64,000 bases of DNA from Dipteris shenzhenensis (Eukaryota): the NCBI GenBank assembly GCA_047967505.1, contig CM106538.1. One strand, 5' to 3'. Of the stretch, positions 1-13,158 are shown piece by piece. The notes beneath the pieces are model-generated. The model worked only from the letters and a program-made list of their open reading frames with translations. It was not told the origin of the DNA and ran no database searches. The number at the start of each line of letters is the position of its first letter. Position 1 is the first letter of the stretch. The position numbers were made by a program, and so were the translations under genes.

Positions 1-1469
1 TTGCTACATGTCCAAGGGTACTATGAGGGAAATGCATGACTATGGCTACCAAAGCCCCACACTTGTACCCCCACTGCAAGTACCCTTAATGCGATAATTG
101 ACCCTGTGCCACCTTGTCCACAAAGATTGGCATGGTAGTCAAAGCAAGGATCACCCACCACTACATGGATTCGAAGGGCACTTGCCATAGCACCACAAAA
201 ACCTGCTCCCCCCAAGAGGGAATAACCCCACAAGAAGCTACTGCAAGAATGGACCCAACCTCAATCTCAACTCCCCCTTGGTGCTTAAATCATTCTAATC
301 TTCCCCAAGGAACTTCAAGAAGAGCACCCCAAAGCAAGATTCTACCCACTTTGAACCCAACAGTCCCATAAGAAACTGCCCCTATCATGGGGCTAGCATC
401 ACGAGATCCTACTGTATTGAAGGGTCTTGAAAAGCTAGACTTGACATTACTACCCTAGAGCAACAAGGAGTGCCAACCAAAGTCCATCAAGATGCTAGAG
501 GAGTTTGCAACAAGGCCTTTGCCCAAGGAAGCATCTCAATCAACCAACCCCTTTTCCTCTAGATTGGTGATGAGGTATGCCACCCTACTATTTTCTTGAA
601 CAAATCGTTGCCCTTAGACACTCACTTGCATGAGTCATCAAATAGGTTCTAGGTGAGTCAATATGCTAGATGTGCAACCATAAGGTCCTTGCACAAGTCA
701 AGTACATCAAGATGCTTCTACCTCCATCGCATGAAGTACATACTAGGTGAGTAGGTGAATAGGATAGGAACACATAACTCAAGTTAGGTTTTCAACCACA
801 TGCCACCTTTGCCATCAAATGTTTTGTCATATGGTTAGATTATAGATGCACATTCACATGTATATTCTCCATCCAGTCCAGTTTTGAGCTAGGCACTCAG
901 CTAATCCATGCATAGGTGTACCAGATAGGAAGGGCACAAGTAAGTGCCCCCACTTACTGGCCCGCTTGCACCAACCTCAGCCCACAAACATGGAAATGTT
1001 CTTTGTCAAAGTGCTCCAAAACTTTTATGATCACACGAGCACAAGATCCACAACCTCCAGCCATCCCCTAGCAAATGATATTCTGATGTGCCACTTTTTC
1101 ATAGGGGATTTGGGATAATTAACTTTCTAGGTTACCCTTTTGTTTTTAGCCTATAGCACCATGAGAGCATGTGGCTGTTCCTCTATTAGCTTCATTATAT
1201 ATATATATATATATTATTTTTATTTTTATTTTTTTGCAAAGAAAGGAACCTTCTATGAATGCTTGAAAGACTTCATACAAAACAACAGCCCTGAAGGTGT
1301 TGAGTATGAAAAAAAACAGGAAAAGGCTGAAAGAAAAACAGCCTGTTCCAGAGAAACCCAACTCACTACCTAGGGGATCTCTGGTACTGGGGCTAATAGC
1401 CAAGTGGGGGGACTATACAACTAGTGAATCCCTCGTGGAGTGAAGATGTAGAAGACTCTTGCAGGCCAA

Positions 1470-4133
1470 TGTTGAGAGTTGTGGTGCCATGAGCACATGT
1501 AGAGCAAAGGTATGAGTAAAAGGCAAGCTGCCACATGGCATGGAGGAGATATCCCACATGTGAGCAAGCATATGCATGTAAGTACCCTCACCTATAAAAG
1601 GGAGGTTCATTTGAAGTAATATCAATCAAGCACTTTGCACTATCTCAAGATTCTCTTTATGAGTCCAAGCTAATCTATCTTGGAACCTAATTGACTTGAG
1701 GTACATGTCATGAGCACTCTCTTCATCATGTTTGCACTTAGGTTGCATCCTCCTTAGATTAGTGTTGTATTAGATTTTTGATTGAGAGTTCTCTTCTACC
1801 TCAAGAAATTTCTGTCATGCATTAGAAATTTTCGTTAGTCTCATTTCCATCTACTCTTCTTTATTTCGTGTCAGAAAGAGAGAATAGAGTGCGAGAGAGT
1901 AATGCTTTATTGGCCCAAGCATTTCGAAGGTGCCTTAGTAGATTCCTGGCCTTCATCTTAGCTCTATCTATGCAATCACGCAACTCCTTGATGATTCCTG
2001 CTTGCACTGCATCCTTCTGCACAACATATGGCACTTGACTAAATAGCAGCAGCCGCTGTTCTCGGTGCCTCTACAGTAGCCGACTCGGCCTCAAGCAAGC
2101 AACTACAAGCCTGACGCTAAGGTAGCTGACTGCAAAGCGAGCAACAAACAAGCACAAGACATCAACATAAGCACCATCAAAGAGCTCTACCTACAACTCC
2201 CAATGATCAAACACCTTCTCAAGCTCCTATCTACAGTGCGACCCTATCTGCCATCGTAGCCTTATCAATAGGCTCGCAGTGCTTCCATTTGACAGCTCTA
2301 GAGAGGTGCTCCTATCTCCTAACGACCAGATACGGCCTCCATAGCTCCTAGCGACCCAACCTTCACGGATAGGGCAATGCTACGACATCAACAGCTGCCT
2401 CATTACAAGCAACGAAGCCGCTCTGCAATGGCCGCAATCTGCATACACTTGAATCCCATGCTCCTCTATGACCAATGGCTCATGGGCCTCTACATGGGTG
2501 ACTCCACCAACTCTGCGGAGCCTCATAGCTCTCATAGCACCAACCATTTGGCTGTAGATAGGGGAGGCAGTTTGTAAGCTTGTACGCCTCCGCATTCAAG
2601 ACCACAGTGCCTTCAGCACATGCTAGGAAGGAAGAGCTGGTTGGCCAAGAGGGTATCAGTGGGATGCCAGAAACTCTACCATACGGTTTGATTCTTGCTG
2701 TTGTAAAGCACTCAGTTACCAGAGCTCTGAAGCTCGTGACGCATAGCAGCGCTCCAACAGACCAGCCCTTGTAACTTAGCCCCCACACCAGCAACTTAGG
2801 GTAGCTCCTGGCGATTGGACAACCACGGCACCTTCATCAATCCCAGACACGACCTGCAGACAGTAGAGGCTACGTTTCTCTAGCACCAAACTGCACATTC
2901 AACGTGTTTTGGGAGTGTTAAGCAAGAAAGAAGAAGAGTCGCATTGCAAACCCTTCCTCAAAAATTCCAAAGGTCCTCCAAGGTTCACCATTGACTGACA
3001 CATGTCAAGATAGGACTTAACTGTGGTTAGATTAAAAGATAACCATGGCTAATGTGGTTCAGTTAGTGGGGCTACTTGAACCATAGTTAAGTTTGATAAC
3101 CTTGGGTTAACTCATTTGGTTTAGAAGACTGACACATGGCAGAGTGCCACAAAAGCATGCATAGTCAGCAGTGCCACCGAAGCACATAGCCCTTGCCAAG
3201 CACAGTTTAGAATTCAGCATATGAATTCCTGTGCCACATCATCAAAGGCCCTCTTCTTCACAGAAACTTCGACAAGCCATAACTTGCAATCCAGGAAGAA
3301 TTTGGACATAGTCCGAAAAGGAAAAGTGATCGCCTTTTTGAGCTCTACGTGCCTATCAGATCAGAATCATTGTTAGCAATTAGACACTGCCATTGAAGCA
3401 AAACAAAGCTCATGGTAAGACCTTTGCAACAAATGATAAATCAAAGCATGAATGCACACATCGTTGTCATAAGCATGCCAAAAGCTCAAGTGCATGAGAT
3501 GACCATAGCACAAAGCATGGCATCCACACATAAAGCATCAAGGCACATGGAAGCATCATGCATGAAGCTACACAAGGAAGAAGCTTGCATATTGAAGAAC
3601 CAGCAGGTCAACTACATAGCATCGTCATCAAGCCATGAGCCAAAAGGTGACATTAATGGAATGTATTGAGAAACAAAAAACCTTGCCAACCTTGCCAACC
3701 TTGCCTATATTTTGTAAATCAAACCTGACCACCTAAGAGTAGCCATGTAAGCACCTAGGGGAGGATTTGATCTTGTAACTCACATCTGACCACCTTGCAG
3801 TAGCCAAAGCATCATGGCACCAAGGGGAGGTGTTCAGAGTTGTGGTGCCATGAGCACATGTAGAGCAAAGGTATGAGTAAAGGGCAAGCTGCCACATGGC
3901 ATGGAGGAGATATCCCACATGTGAGCAAGCATATGCATGTAAGTACCCTCACCTATAAAAGGGAGGTTCATTTGAATTAATATCAATCAAGCACTTTGCA
4001 CTATCTCAAGATTCTCTTTATGAGTCCAAGCTAATCTATCTTGGAACCTAATTGACTTGAGGTACATGTCATGAGCACTCTCTTCATCATGTTTGCACTT
4101 AGGTTGCATCCTCCTTAGATTAGTGTTGTATTA
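1470..4133 (+). mobile_element. Non-autonomous LTR retroelement (~2.7 kb, TRIM/LARD-like)
   Basis: Near-identical ~303-bp direct repeats at 1470-1772 and 3831-4133, both starting TGTT and containing a TATA-like CTATAAAAG. A purine tract AAGGGGAGG lies directly before the second copy. No intact ORF inside; no clear PBS or TSD. Confidence 0.8.
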
Positions 4134-6726
4134 AGATGTTGTCTCATGACTAGGAGAGCTCGATCCCCCGATTTGTCAGCCAAGCCTTGCAGAATCGAGC
4201 ACGCCTCTAGCCTAAAGTCCCACGCTCCCAGGTGGAGCGTAAAGTGTAGATGATATCCTGCCAGATGGCGACCATGGTAGCCGAGGGTGGAACCAGATGC
4301 TCACCCATCACAAGGCTGCAATAAGCCACCCAAATGTTCCCCACAGTGATACTGGCTACCACCTCCCAAATGTTGTCCTCTGGAGGAAAAAGGGGGCTAG
4401 GCTATCAAGAGGGACTGCCTCGTGGAGCGCTATCATTCTAAATGCTCTGACCCTGTATCTGGTAGGATGGGGAGATCTCATCAATCTGGAACGTGTGTCC
4501 TCCCTCCGTCAACTAGGCCACCATCCCCCAAGTGTAGTCCCTCTGAAGACTCTGCATACGATCCATGATCCTGAGGGCTCCCATCCAGATCCTCGCTACT
4601 CTACGATAACTCCAAAGGCAATGCATAATCGTCTCCAAGAAACCACCAAAGCAAGAATGGCATTGCCCTTCCACTCGCATCTGCTCCATGGCCCGATGGG
4701 CAAGCCTCTGTGGGTGGCTAGCCAGAAGAAATAGGATATCTTCCTCGGTTGCAAACTGGACCATAACCACGTTCAAAACCTAGAATGGACATCCCGGGGC
4801 ACTCTCTGGGTCACCCAATGCCGCTCCCTCGAGGGGGTCCACCTTGAAGAGTCCATCTGAAGCCTCCTACCAATCCATGTGGTGTAGGAAAAGAAGGGCA
4901 TCTCATCCATCTGCTCAGCTGGGCCGCCTCTAGAGGGCCAGAACCACTCTCCTGGATCCCACTGGACCTCCCTCAAGGGTCTACCTCCCACAGCCAGAGG
5001 CGCCATCTTGGGGCATCCTACTCTGAAATACTGGGAGGGTCAATGTGCCACTCCTTCCCCAAACATCCCACCACTCTAATCTTCTGCCAGTGAATCCCAT
5101 CAAGACTCCCATCCATCTCAGGGTCTCTCTCAATGAGCGGATGAAGTAGGCCTCCAGGTCCTACATGGTAGAAACCGAGGTGCGTGCTTCCTCGTTGCAT
5201 CATCATCCTCAAAGGCGGACCATTCCTAGAAAATTGTCCCAACCAAATGTTGTCCCTCCAAATGCGAAGTCCCTCCCACCAGTACTCAAGGATGGCTAGG
5301 TCGATCTCTCTCATCCGCTGCTCTGCCCCTCGCAGATGCACTACGGCACCAAGCCTCGCCTCTACCTCCATGGGTAATCTGCTTCATCTACGAAAAGACC
5401 CAGCTAAACCACTATCCCACTGTGTGCAACCAATGTATGTCCGCTATCCAAGCATATGCCCCTCTTGATCTCAGATTTGTGGGTGCCACATAAGGGGCTA
5501 ACACTTGAACTCCTCTCTACATCTAGGCGGAGCACGAATGAGACCCCCTGCTAGTCTCTACTAGACCCTGTGAAGGCTCCGTATTAAGGGGGAACGCTTG
5601 AGAAGATCCACCTATGTGAAGGTTGCCACCACTGTCCTCTGGTGCGTAGGGTGTTCCTAAGAAGCCCTATCCTATAAGAGGAGCTGGGGTGAGGCCGCGA
5701 ACAATCAACTTGCCCAGAAGGGCTCTACTCTGCATCTCCGGATCTATGATACCCAAACCTTCTAGTTCCTGTGGCATGATCACCGTCTGCCAAGCCACTC
5801 GGGCTCTAGTATTCCGTGTGTTGTCCGATCTTACCCAAAGGAAGTTTTGAACCAACTATCAGAGCTACCCAATCATATCCTCTATGAAAGCACTAGCAGG
5901 AGGCGATATACCAGGTGGCAAGAAGGACCTAGTTTGCCACTAAGGCATGCCCTGCTAGGGAGAGCTTGGCCAAGCTCCAATAGAGAAGCTTGCGCCAAAC
6001 ACTCTTAAGGACCGAGGCGATTTGCTACTCTACTTTGCTACTCTACTGTAATGTCAATACCAACCTGGCAACCAAGGTATCTTGCTGTCTGGCCCGGCAG
6101 TATCCATCTGAAGCCAAAGTCACTTGCCCACTCACGGATCTCCTGTGTTTCCTCATAGCCCATGAAGAAACCCATAGACTTTGTCCAGTGATCCGTGCAC
6201 CCAAGGCCTCGTAGTAGATAGCCAGGGATCCCCTGACTCTCTCCAAACTTGTTGTGGTGCCCTCAACATACAAGGCCGTGTCATCTACAAACTCAGAGTC
6301 AAGCAGTTCCTCCTCCTATCGGATTGGGAGTCTCAACCTTGTGAGGCCCGCCACTTGTGATCTCAAGTAGTAGCCCAGAGCCTCTGCCACGAACAAGAAG
6401 AGGAAGGGAGCGAGTGGGCAGCCTTGGTGGATTGAGCACGAGAGAGGAAAGGCCTTGCCTGCATGTCCTCCGATAAGCATTTGGCTAGAGGTCTCTGCAT
6501 AAAGCACTAAAACTCCTCTGACCCATCTGTTGGAGAAACCCAATCTCCGCATAGTGCCCTCTAAGAAGGACCACTCCACCCTATCGTAGGTCTTCTCAAA
6601 ATCCAAGACAAGGATAGCCATCGGCGGTTGTCACTCCTCCCTAGACCAATCCACTGCCTCCCAAAAAGTGAAGATGTTCTCCAAGATGCTATGCTCTTGG
6701 ACAAACCCCATCTGTGTGTCGTAAAT

Positions 6727-7286
6727 GGGAGGTTTGGTTGTGAGATTAGATACCGCCCAGTGGGCAGAAGACGATCCAAAAAGCTTTGGCTCGCCTTCAA
6801 AGGTGGGATAGGCTACAATTTGCCGACTAGTGTGTTGACTCGAATCTTGGGAGACGAAACGCTATTACCGGGCCACAACTACTGACCACACGGAAATAGA
6901 AGCGACCGAGACCGCGAGCAGTGCTAAGTAAATATGGGTCAATCGCGAAGTTGCGACGAGGGAAGAGAAAGATTTTTCTTTTCATACCCCAACGGATAAG
7001 TATTATGAACTAACTAGAGGGGGAGTAAATAAAAATGAGCAAATATGCAACTTGTGGAGTGGTAGCAGAACGCTACGCAGGTCCATCGGTGACCTACTGA
7101 GGCCGGCCCGGCCGTCACTCTTCTTCGTCGCTTGAGCCATATGTGAGGAAACTTGCACGTGCGGTTCTTTGAGGGGGGGAAGATTGAAAGAGCCTACCCT
7201 CTCGATCATACCATTAGTGATAACTTTGCTTTCCAGTTGGGAAGTGTCTCTGTCTTCTTTACTCCCTATATTTTTTCCATTTACTC
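6727..7286 (+). pseudogene. nad5: NUMT: 3' part of a mitochondrial group II intron plus the start of the downstream nad5 exon
   Basis: 34-nt domain V GAGCCATATGTGAGGAAACTTGCACGTGCGGTTC (7134-7167), a domain VI-like stem, and an intron end ...CGAT at 7206. Then HTISDNFAFQLGSVSVFFTPY, matching plant Nad5 [21 protein letters not shown]. Confidence 0.88.
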
Positions 7287-7626
7287 CAGTAAGATGGGGC
7301 TGTAACTACAAGCTCAAGACATTGGCGAGGATCTTGTAAGTGATATCAAGCAGAGTGATCAGTCCCCACTACCAGATGTCTAACCTATCTCCCCCTTTTG
7401 GGATCAAAGAAATCCACCCCATGCTCAAGGACTGAGGGAGGGAGCCCGTGTCGAAAATCTCTTGGCATGCTAGTCAGAAAGGGGTGGAGATAATCTCCTA
7501 GAAGTTTTGGAAGAAGGCTGGAATCAATCCATCCTTGCCAGGACACTTCTGGGTTGGGAGAGCCTTGAGGGATTCCCAGAGCTCCTCATTCATGAAAGGC
7601 TCCTCCAGCCTGTTGCATAAATCCTG

Positions 7627-7638
7627 CGAGAGAGAGAG

Positions 7639-7684
<46 letters not shown>

Positions 7685-7705
7685 AGAAGAAGAAGAAGAA
7701 GAAGA
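7627..7705. repeat. Compound microsatellite (GA)n(GAA)n
   Basis: Directly visible. Confidence 0.97.
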
Positions 7706-7706
7706 A

Positions 7707-10700
7707 TGTATTATCGTCCTCCAGGGGCCGACCCATGGGACCCATAAGCACAACAATACAAGTGTCTCCTTCCTTTTGTGGAAGGGAATAGGAGGGCAAC
7801 TATTCTGAGACAGATTGTGTGATACAATATTCACGATATTTGAGAGTCTTGGCAATAAAAGGATAGAAGTAGACTTCTTCCTTGGCAGATCCCTCCCAGA
7901 GCTCTATCATGGAGTTCTTCTTACTAGATCACATGGACCCCCACGATACAAGGCCTCGACATGATCGTGACCCAGATCTAGTGACTCGACAGCTTAGACA
8001 GAGGGTTGATGCACAGATTACACTTGCTATTCAGAGTCGGAGCTTGGCCGACAAGGGTTATTGTAGCCCTTGTTAGGTGAATAGCTATGACTAGGAGACA
8101 TCACAGGGTCACACTTTTCAGTAGCCGACAGCACTCTATCGCTGATTTCATGCCTCCCTTGCCTCATCCACCCTAATGTCCTGTTGATGATCATGATGAT
8201 GATGAGATTGATATGTAGTCGACCACCTAACATGACTTTGTTGTATTTAGCACTATCATTTCACATTCTTTGCATTCTGCATTGGTATGGATGCTTGTTT
8301 AGTAGCTCCACCCTCATAGCTCGTTTGTACCAAGATCTTCACAATCTCATAGACACATCAGTCTTCCGAAACCTTTAACAAACTTTGTTTCTCTCTCTCT
8401 CTCTCCCCCTGTGGGGGTTAAAGGCCACTGTACCTTAACCCTGGCTACGTACAATACTCAAACACATATATATATGGATGACATAGAAAATTAGGGTGTT
8501 TTGCACCCACCAAAACTTGTGTGGCTCTCTCTTTTGGCTTTCTCCCTCTCTCTCACCTTCTTCCATTCCGCTTCCGTTGTTGAGATCTCTCAACTAGTAT
8601 CAGAGTGCAGGTGTTCTAGCTGAGCCCATGTGTGTGCTTGGAGCCTAAAGTCTACTGTGCTGCAGCTATGTGGTGGGAGGAAGGAGAAGCTCCATTGTGT
8701 GACTTTACCTACATTCTGGTGTATAGAGACCTTGCAAAAACCTTTGGAAAGTTTCCTGAGTGTTTTTTTGCAAGCCTGCAGGTGGTTTTGGAGGAAAAGA
8801 TGTTTTGTGATGATTTCCATATTCTTTGTAGAGGCAACCATTGCCTGCTTTTGGTGTCCATTGCACTTTGAGAGTTCAAAAACCCCTTCATTCTTGAATT
8901 TGGGATCATTTCATTGGATTTTTGACTCACTGTCTCTGCTTAAACGTTTTTTTTGCTTGTGTGTTGGAACTCAAGTTTGAAGCAACCATTTGTAGATCTG
9001 TCAGTTCCGGTGGACTCAGAAGGTCCTAAAACTTCTTTGTTGCTCATCATTTGCACTCCGGTGGTGTTTACAAACAAGTTTGTTTGCAAAAATGTTTTTT
9101 GGTCCATGTGTTGGGCCCGGTGATTGGGACCATGGTTTCCAAAACCGATTGTTCCATTGCATATCAGAGGCCCAAAACCCCTACCTGTTAGCTCTTGCAC
9201 GATTCCATGGAGATTTGGAGAATTTTCGTCTCTATGAGATGCCAAATCATTTGTTTCTCTGTCAAAAGTCCATTCAAAGGTCCAAACCTTTGATTTCTTG
9301 ATTACAAGTTGATTGCAAGGGTTGACTCCCCATTGTCCATTCATCGATTGGGATTTTGGAGTTGTGCCAGAAGGAGATCTTTGCATATTTTCTTGCTGAG
9401 TCCAATTATGTAGTGGCGCCCATGTTTTGAGGCATCCCAAGTTGTATTTTCACTAGCGATCATTGCCGTAGGGCCGTGATTTCTTGGATATGCCTTCACT
9501 CTTACCACACTTTCTCATAGGGCTAGGGGATGTTAAGCTGCTTGATCATCTGCTTGCTATGAATCCCATCTCATTCGAGCTATGTAGCAAGATGGCGATA
9601 CGCCTAGGGGATAACATGAGGGAGAAGCCCCAAAAGGATAAATCCTTAGTTTCCTCTGATATGTCCCAAAGGATAAAGGATTCAACCTCAGAAGCAACTA
9701 AGGATACAATCATGACACCCAAGGTGCTAAATATTGAAGAGTTGGCCACAAATCTATTAAACAAGTTGAGGCAACAATGGAAGATAGAAGCATCAAAAGA
9801 GGCTCCTAGCAACCCCCATATATTTCCACAAAGAGATAAGATATGGTGTGGGGTATGCAATGGAAAACATCCCACTAAGGAGTGTGCTCGTCTTACAAGG
9901 CCAACAATTTGTGCCCATTATGTTCGTTGGGGAAATCATGATACACCTCAATGTCATTATCCTAGGGTCATTCCACAACCCATGAATCAACAAAGGCCAC
10001 ATCTACCATTGCTTACACTGCCTAATCCGTCCAATCAGGCACAATTGGCAATACAAGGAGTCACATCAGCCAATCAAGGGCAATCTACGGCACAAAATAT
10101 TCCATTACCCCTGCCCTCAATGACCACCACCACGAATTAGTCTCCTGAATCAAGTATTAGTGGAAGAGCTACCTAGTGGTTGGGGAGACCCCCCAACCTA
10201 CCTTTAGTGGGAACGACTATCCCCAATATGGTGACAATGCAAATCGGTCCAACATTATAAGTCCCTACATTATACAAGATGACCAATACATTTCAGTCTA
10301 GCAAACGGCACCGATTTCTCAAACAATGGGAGATAGAAACAAATTGACCAAGGTACAACCCATTCAATGCCATATGTATCAAGGGATACACCCAGCCAAA
10401 CCATATAAGGGGCAGCCAATCACATGTGCGACAACGTCTAATACACCACCGCCATTGTGCACTGGGTGTGGTGTGGACCATCTTTTCAAGGAATGCCCGA
10501 TGAGAAGACCATCTAAGACCACAAGCCTTAACTTGTTAAGCATTGAGAGAGGCCAAGTGTCATCAGTATCCTTGAATGTAATCACGAGGTTGAAAGCTAT
10601 AGCCCTTAATAAAGAGCTTTGCAAACAAGCCAAAAGGGATAAAGCTAGTACGTCACAGCCTAGGGAGGCAACTGAATCAGCACGAGTAAGCACCAAGGGT

Positions 10701-11050
10701 GCAACAAAGATTGGGAAGGGACACAATAAGGTCATCATCCAGATGAAGACATGGCCTCCCTAGTAACATCATCTTCCTCTGGTGGTACTTTCTCAAATGG
10801 TAACAGCAACAACAAGCACCTACATGGGGCAAATGAGGGAATGATAAGGGCCTTAGTGCATGGCCAAGCCACAACACCTAAGGATCACAGTGAATATCCC
10901 AACCCATGGGTGGGGAAACAATGTCTCACCAAGGTGCAGAAATTGGTACACAAGTGCCAAAAGGAATGTGAGCAGAGGCTCAAGGCAAGCAAGAGTGCTG
11001 ATACAACTCATCCAAGCCATGAGATAACCATGTGAGCCTTAAAAGCCTTG
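7707..11050 (+). mobile_element. Degenerate LTR retrotransposon: putative LTR, PBS and gag-like remnant with several Zn-knuckles
   Basis: PBS-like TAGTATCAGAG at ~8595 after ...CA. ORF pieces at 9484-10763 contain CGVCNGKHPTKEC and CTGCGVDHLFKEC. Homologous to the minus-strand copy at ~22400-24300. The LTR 5' boundary is uncertain. Confidence 0.65.
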
Positions 11051-13031
11051 CAAATACTTGAAAGGGTAGATGAAGAAGGTGTGTCATGCCCTTCAACAGA
11101 GGGATCCACCCTAATGCAGCGGATGTTTGAAGAAGACCCCACCTTGCAACATGCAAGATGGAAACTACAGAAAGATGACTTTTGGAGGAGGAGAAAGATG
11201 AGTTTTGGAGAGCCTGCCTTCTTTGGAAGTAGCAGATGGAGTCTATGCCTCCATGATGTGATGCGAGCCCAAAAGAAATACAATCAGCAAATAAGAATTT
11301 GATAATTTTGTGAACTGCGACTTGAGATAATAAGCAATATGGGCAGTGCCAATAAGGCCACCAAAGAATTATGGGGCTATCAATAATACCTCGTTGGAGC
11401 CATTGGACATGCTATAGATAATCTAAGGCTTGCACTCTAAAAGAAATTGCTCTTTGTGAAAAAAATTCTTATCCATCAACTCTTTCTGAAACCAAGTCTT
11501 TGAATTTATCCAATTTCACCCTACGGGACCCAAAGATCTATGATCCCAACGTCGATGACGACGGTCCAGGTGCCCCTAATTCCCAGGCATTCACTATATT
11601 GGCAGACTAATGCTGAAGTCCCCCATCATCCTTCGTGACTCACTTCTCTCGGCGGCCTTGCAAACCTGGATCACATCATGCCACAACTCTTCTATTTGAT
11701 AGATTATATGTAAACATCACAATCATGAACGTAGGAACAAAGAGGACACCTTTGGCAAATTGACATGGTCCATTGATTATCATCGGATTTCATTTATTGA
11801 AGACTTACCAGGCTTCCACATCGGCATCCTTAACATTGCTCCAATCACGGTGTAAGCAAAAGCTATTGGCCATGGATGATACCGTCTACTATCATGTAGA
11901 GCATATGCTCCCCGAGCTTAATGATTTGCAACAATGTGGTGTTTTCTCCACCCAAGATGAAAGAAATCCCCAAAAGACAATGATAATTCGATTTTACTAG
12001 TGCTCGACTATGATTGACATTCAAGTAATACGCCAGTATCCATTCGCGAGACTCATTCTTGGTGCTAATATTCTCGACGTTTATATTCTTGGCGCTTATA
12101 TTCTAGGTGCACAGGGAAGGGTCCATTCCCTCATATCATAACTCTTTGGGGAAGGAAGCGCGTCACTTCCCCACCCACATTGTGTGGTTATAATAATTAT
12201 ATATTATATATTATCATACAAATATTTTCAATTGTTCATCCATTCAAAATTGCTTGTTTTCAATCTAAATTCTTACAAGATTCCTATCTGTTGATGCATG
12301 TTCTTGATGCGGTGGAGCAAGGAAATTCAAGCTGGATGCAAGTTCAAAAGATATCGATACCTTTATTCATATGATGCTACGCCATGTGACAATATTGTAT
12401 AGACTTCAATGAAGATCCGTTATGAGCTCTTGTGAGTGTCGCCTTATTCATGTATTTGTTGGGCTTTAACACAAAAACAATATGGCCAAGTCAATAATAA
12501 ATCACAACCCCTGACATTTGCAGGGAGGATCAGGGTCCTAATGGACCCTATGTCGTGTCTCATGTCCACATTTTAACTCATTCGCTTTTTTCCTTTAAAA
12601 TTTTCATAAAATGCTAGGATTCAAGATAAGTTTGGAGTTAGTCGTTATGCCATTGATGATAGAAAGGTTGCCTGCCGCAACCTATTTCCCCTCCTTGACA
12701 TATAGTAAGGGGTTAAGTATTAAAAAAAACACTAAGACATATGTTGCACACAGCAAGGGCGGAACGTGGATCAATTGCGCTATTGTTGCTGCTCCCCAAG
12801 AGGTTAGTTTAGGGGGGGGGGGGGGGATGACTCACCCACCCATTGATCCACCCTTTTGTTTTTGGGCCCTATAGAGGAGCACCCCAGGGGAGGCGGTGCA
12901 CCAACGCCTGCTGAAGGCAGGCGACATGACTGGCCAATTCCATGTCTTGCAATCGCGACACGGATGTGAAGGGAGGGTGGTTGGGTGAAGTAATTCGAGG
13001 TGGTGGTTTGAACCCGAGATGTGAAGGCGAG

Positions 13032-13040
13032 TTAGGGTTT
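13032..13040 (-). promoter_or_regulatory. Telo-box (AAACCCTAA) upstream of RPS10; site II-like TGGGCC at 12863-12868
   Basis: TTAGGGTTT lies ~120 bp upstream of the ATG. Telo-box plus site II is the established signature of plant ribosomal protein promoters. Confidence 0.6.
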
Positions 13041-13158
13041 GGTTTTGTGGGGGGTGAGAGGAGGAGAAGAAGAAGTAAGGGCAATTTGTCCCTCTTTCTC
13101 TTTTCCTCACTTCATTGCAGCAGGTCCATTGCAGCAGGTCGTGCATCGCCTCTCCACC

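Larger units (their letters stand above)
1205..7600 (-). mobile_element. Degenerate, 5'-truncated L1-type LINE (ORF2 RT and C-terminal region), interrupted by a NUMT and probably by an LTR element
   Basis: Minus-strand RT motifs: KCPGKDG..ISLIPKGG..ITLLDITYKILA (7300-7590), QMGFVQEHSILENI (6670-6715), LDFEKTYDRVEW..QGCPLAPFLF (6316-6621), NFLW..RVAW..GLGI (5667-5855). Many stops and frameshifts. The 3' portion (1205-1469, ending in a minus-strand A-rich tail at ~1205-1235) is inferred and less certain. Confidence 0.85.

Noticed and set aside
6721-7284. Apparent 8-bp TIR GTAAATGG/CCATTTAC around the insert in the LINE
   Set aside because: These bases are explained by the LINE reading frame and nad5 exon sequence. 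The insert is mitochondrial, not a DNA transposon.
7535-7855. ORFs with ER/SL/R runs
   Set aside because: Microsatellite translations.
12050-12110. Four ~15-bp tandem units (ATTCTTGGTGCTAAT-like), superficially array-like
   Set aside because: No unique spacers; an ordinary minisatellite in a eukaryotic context, not CRISPR.
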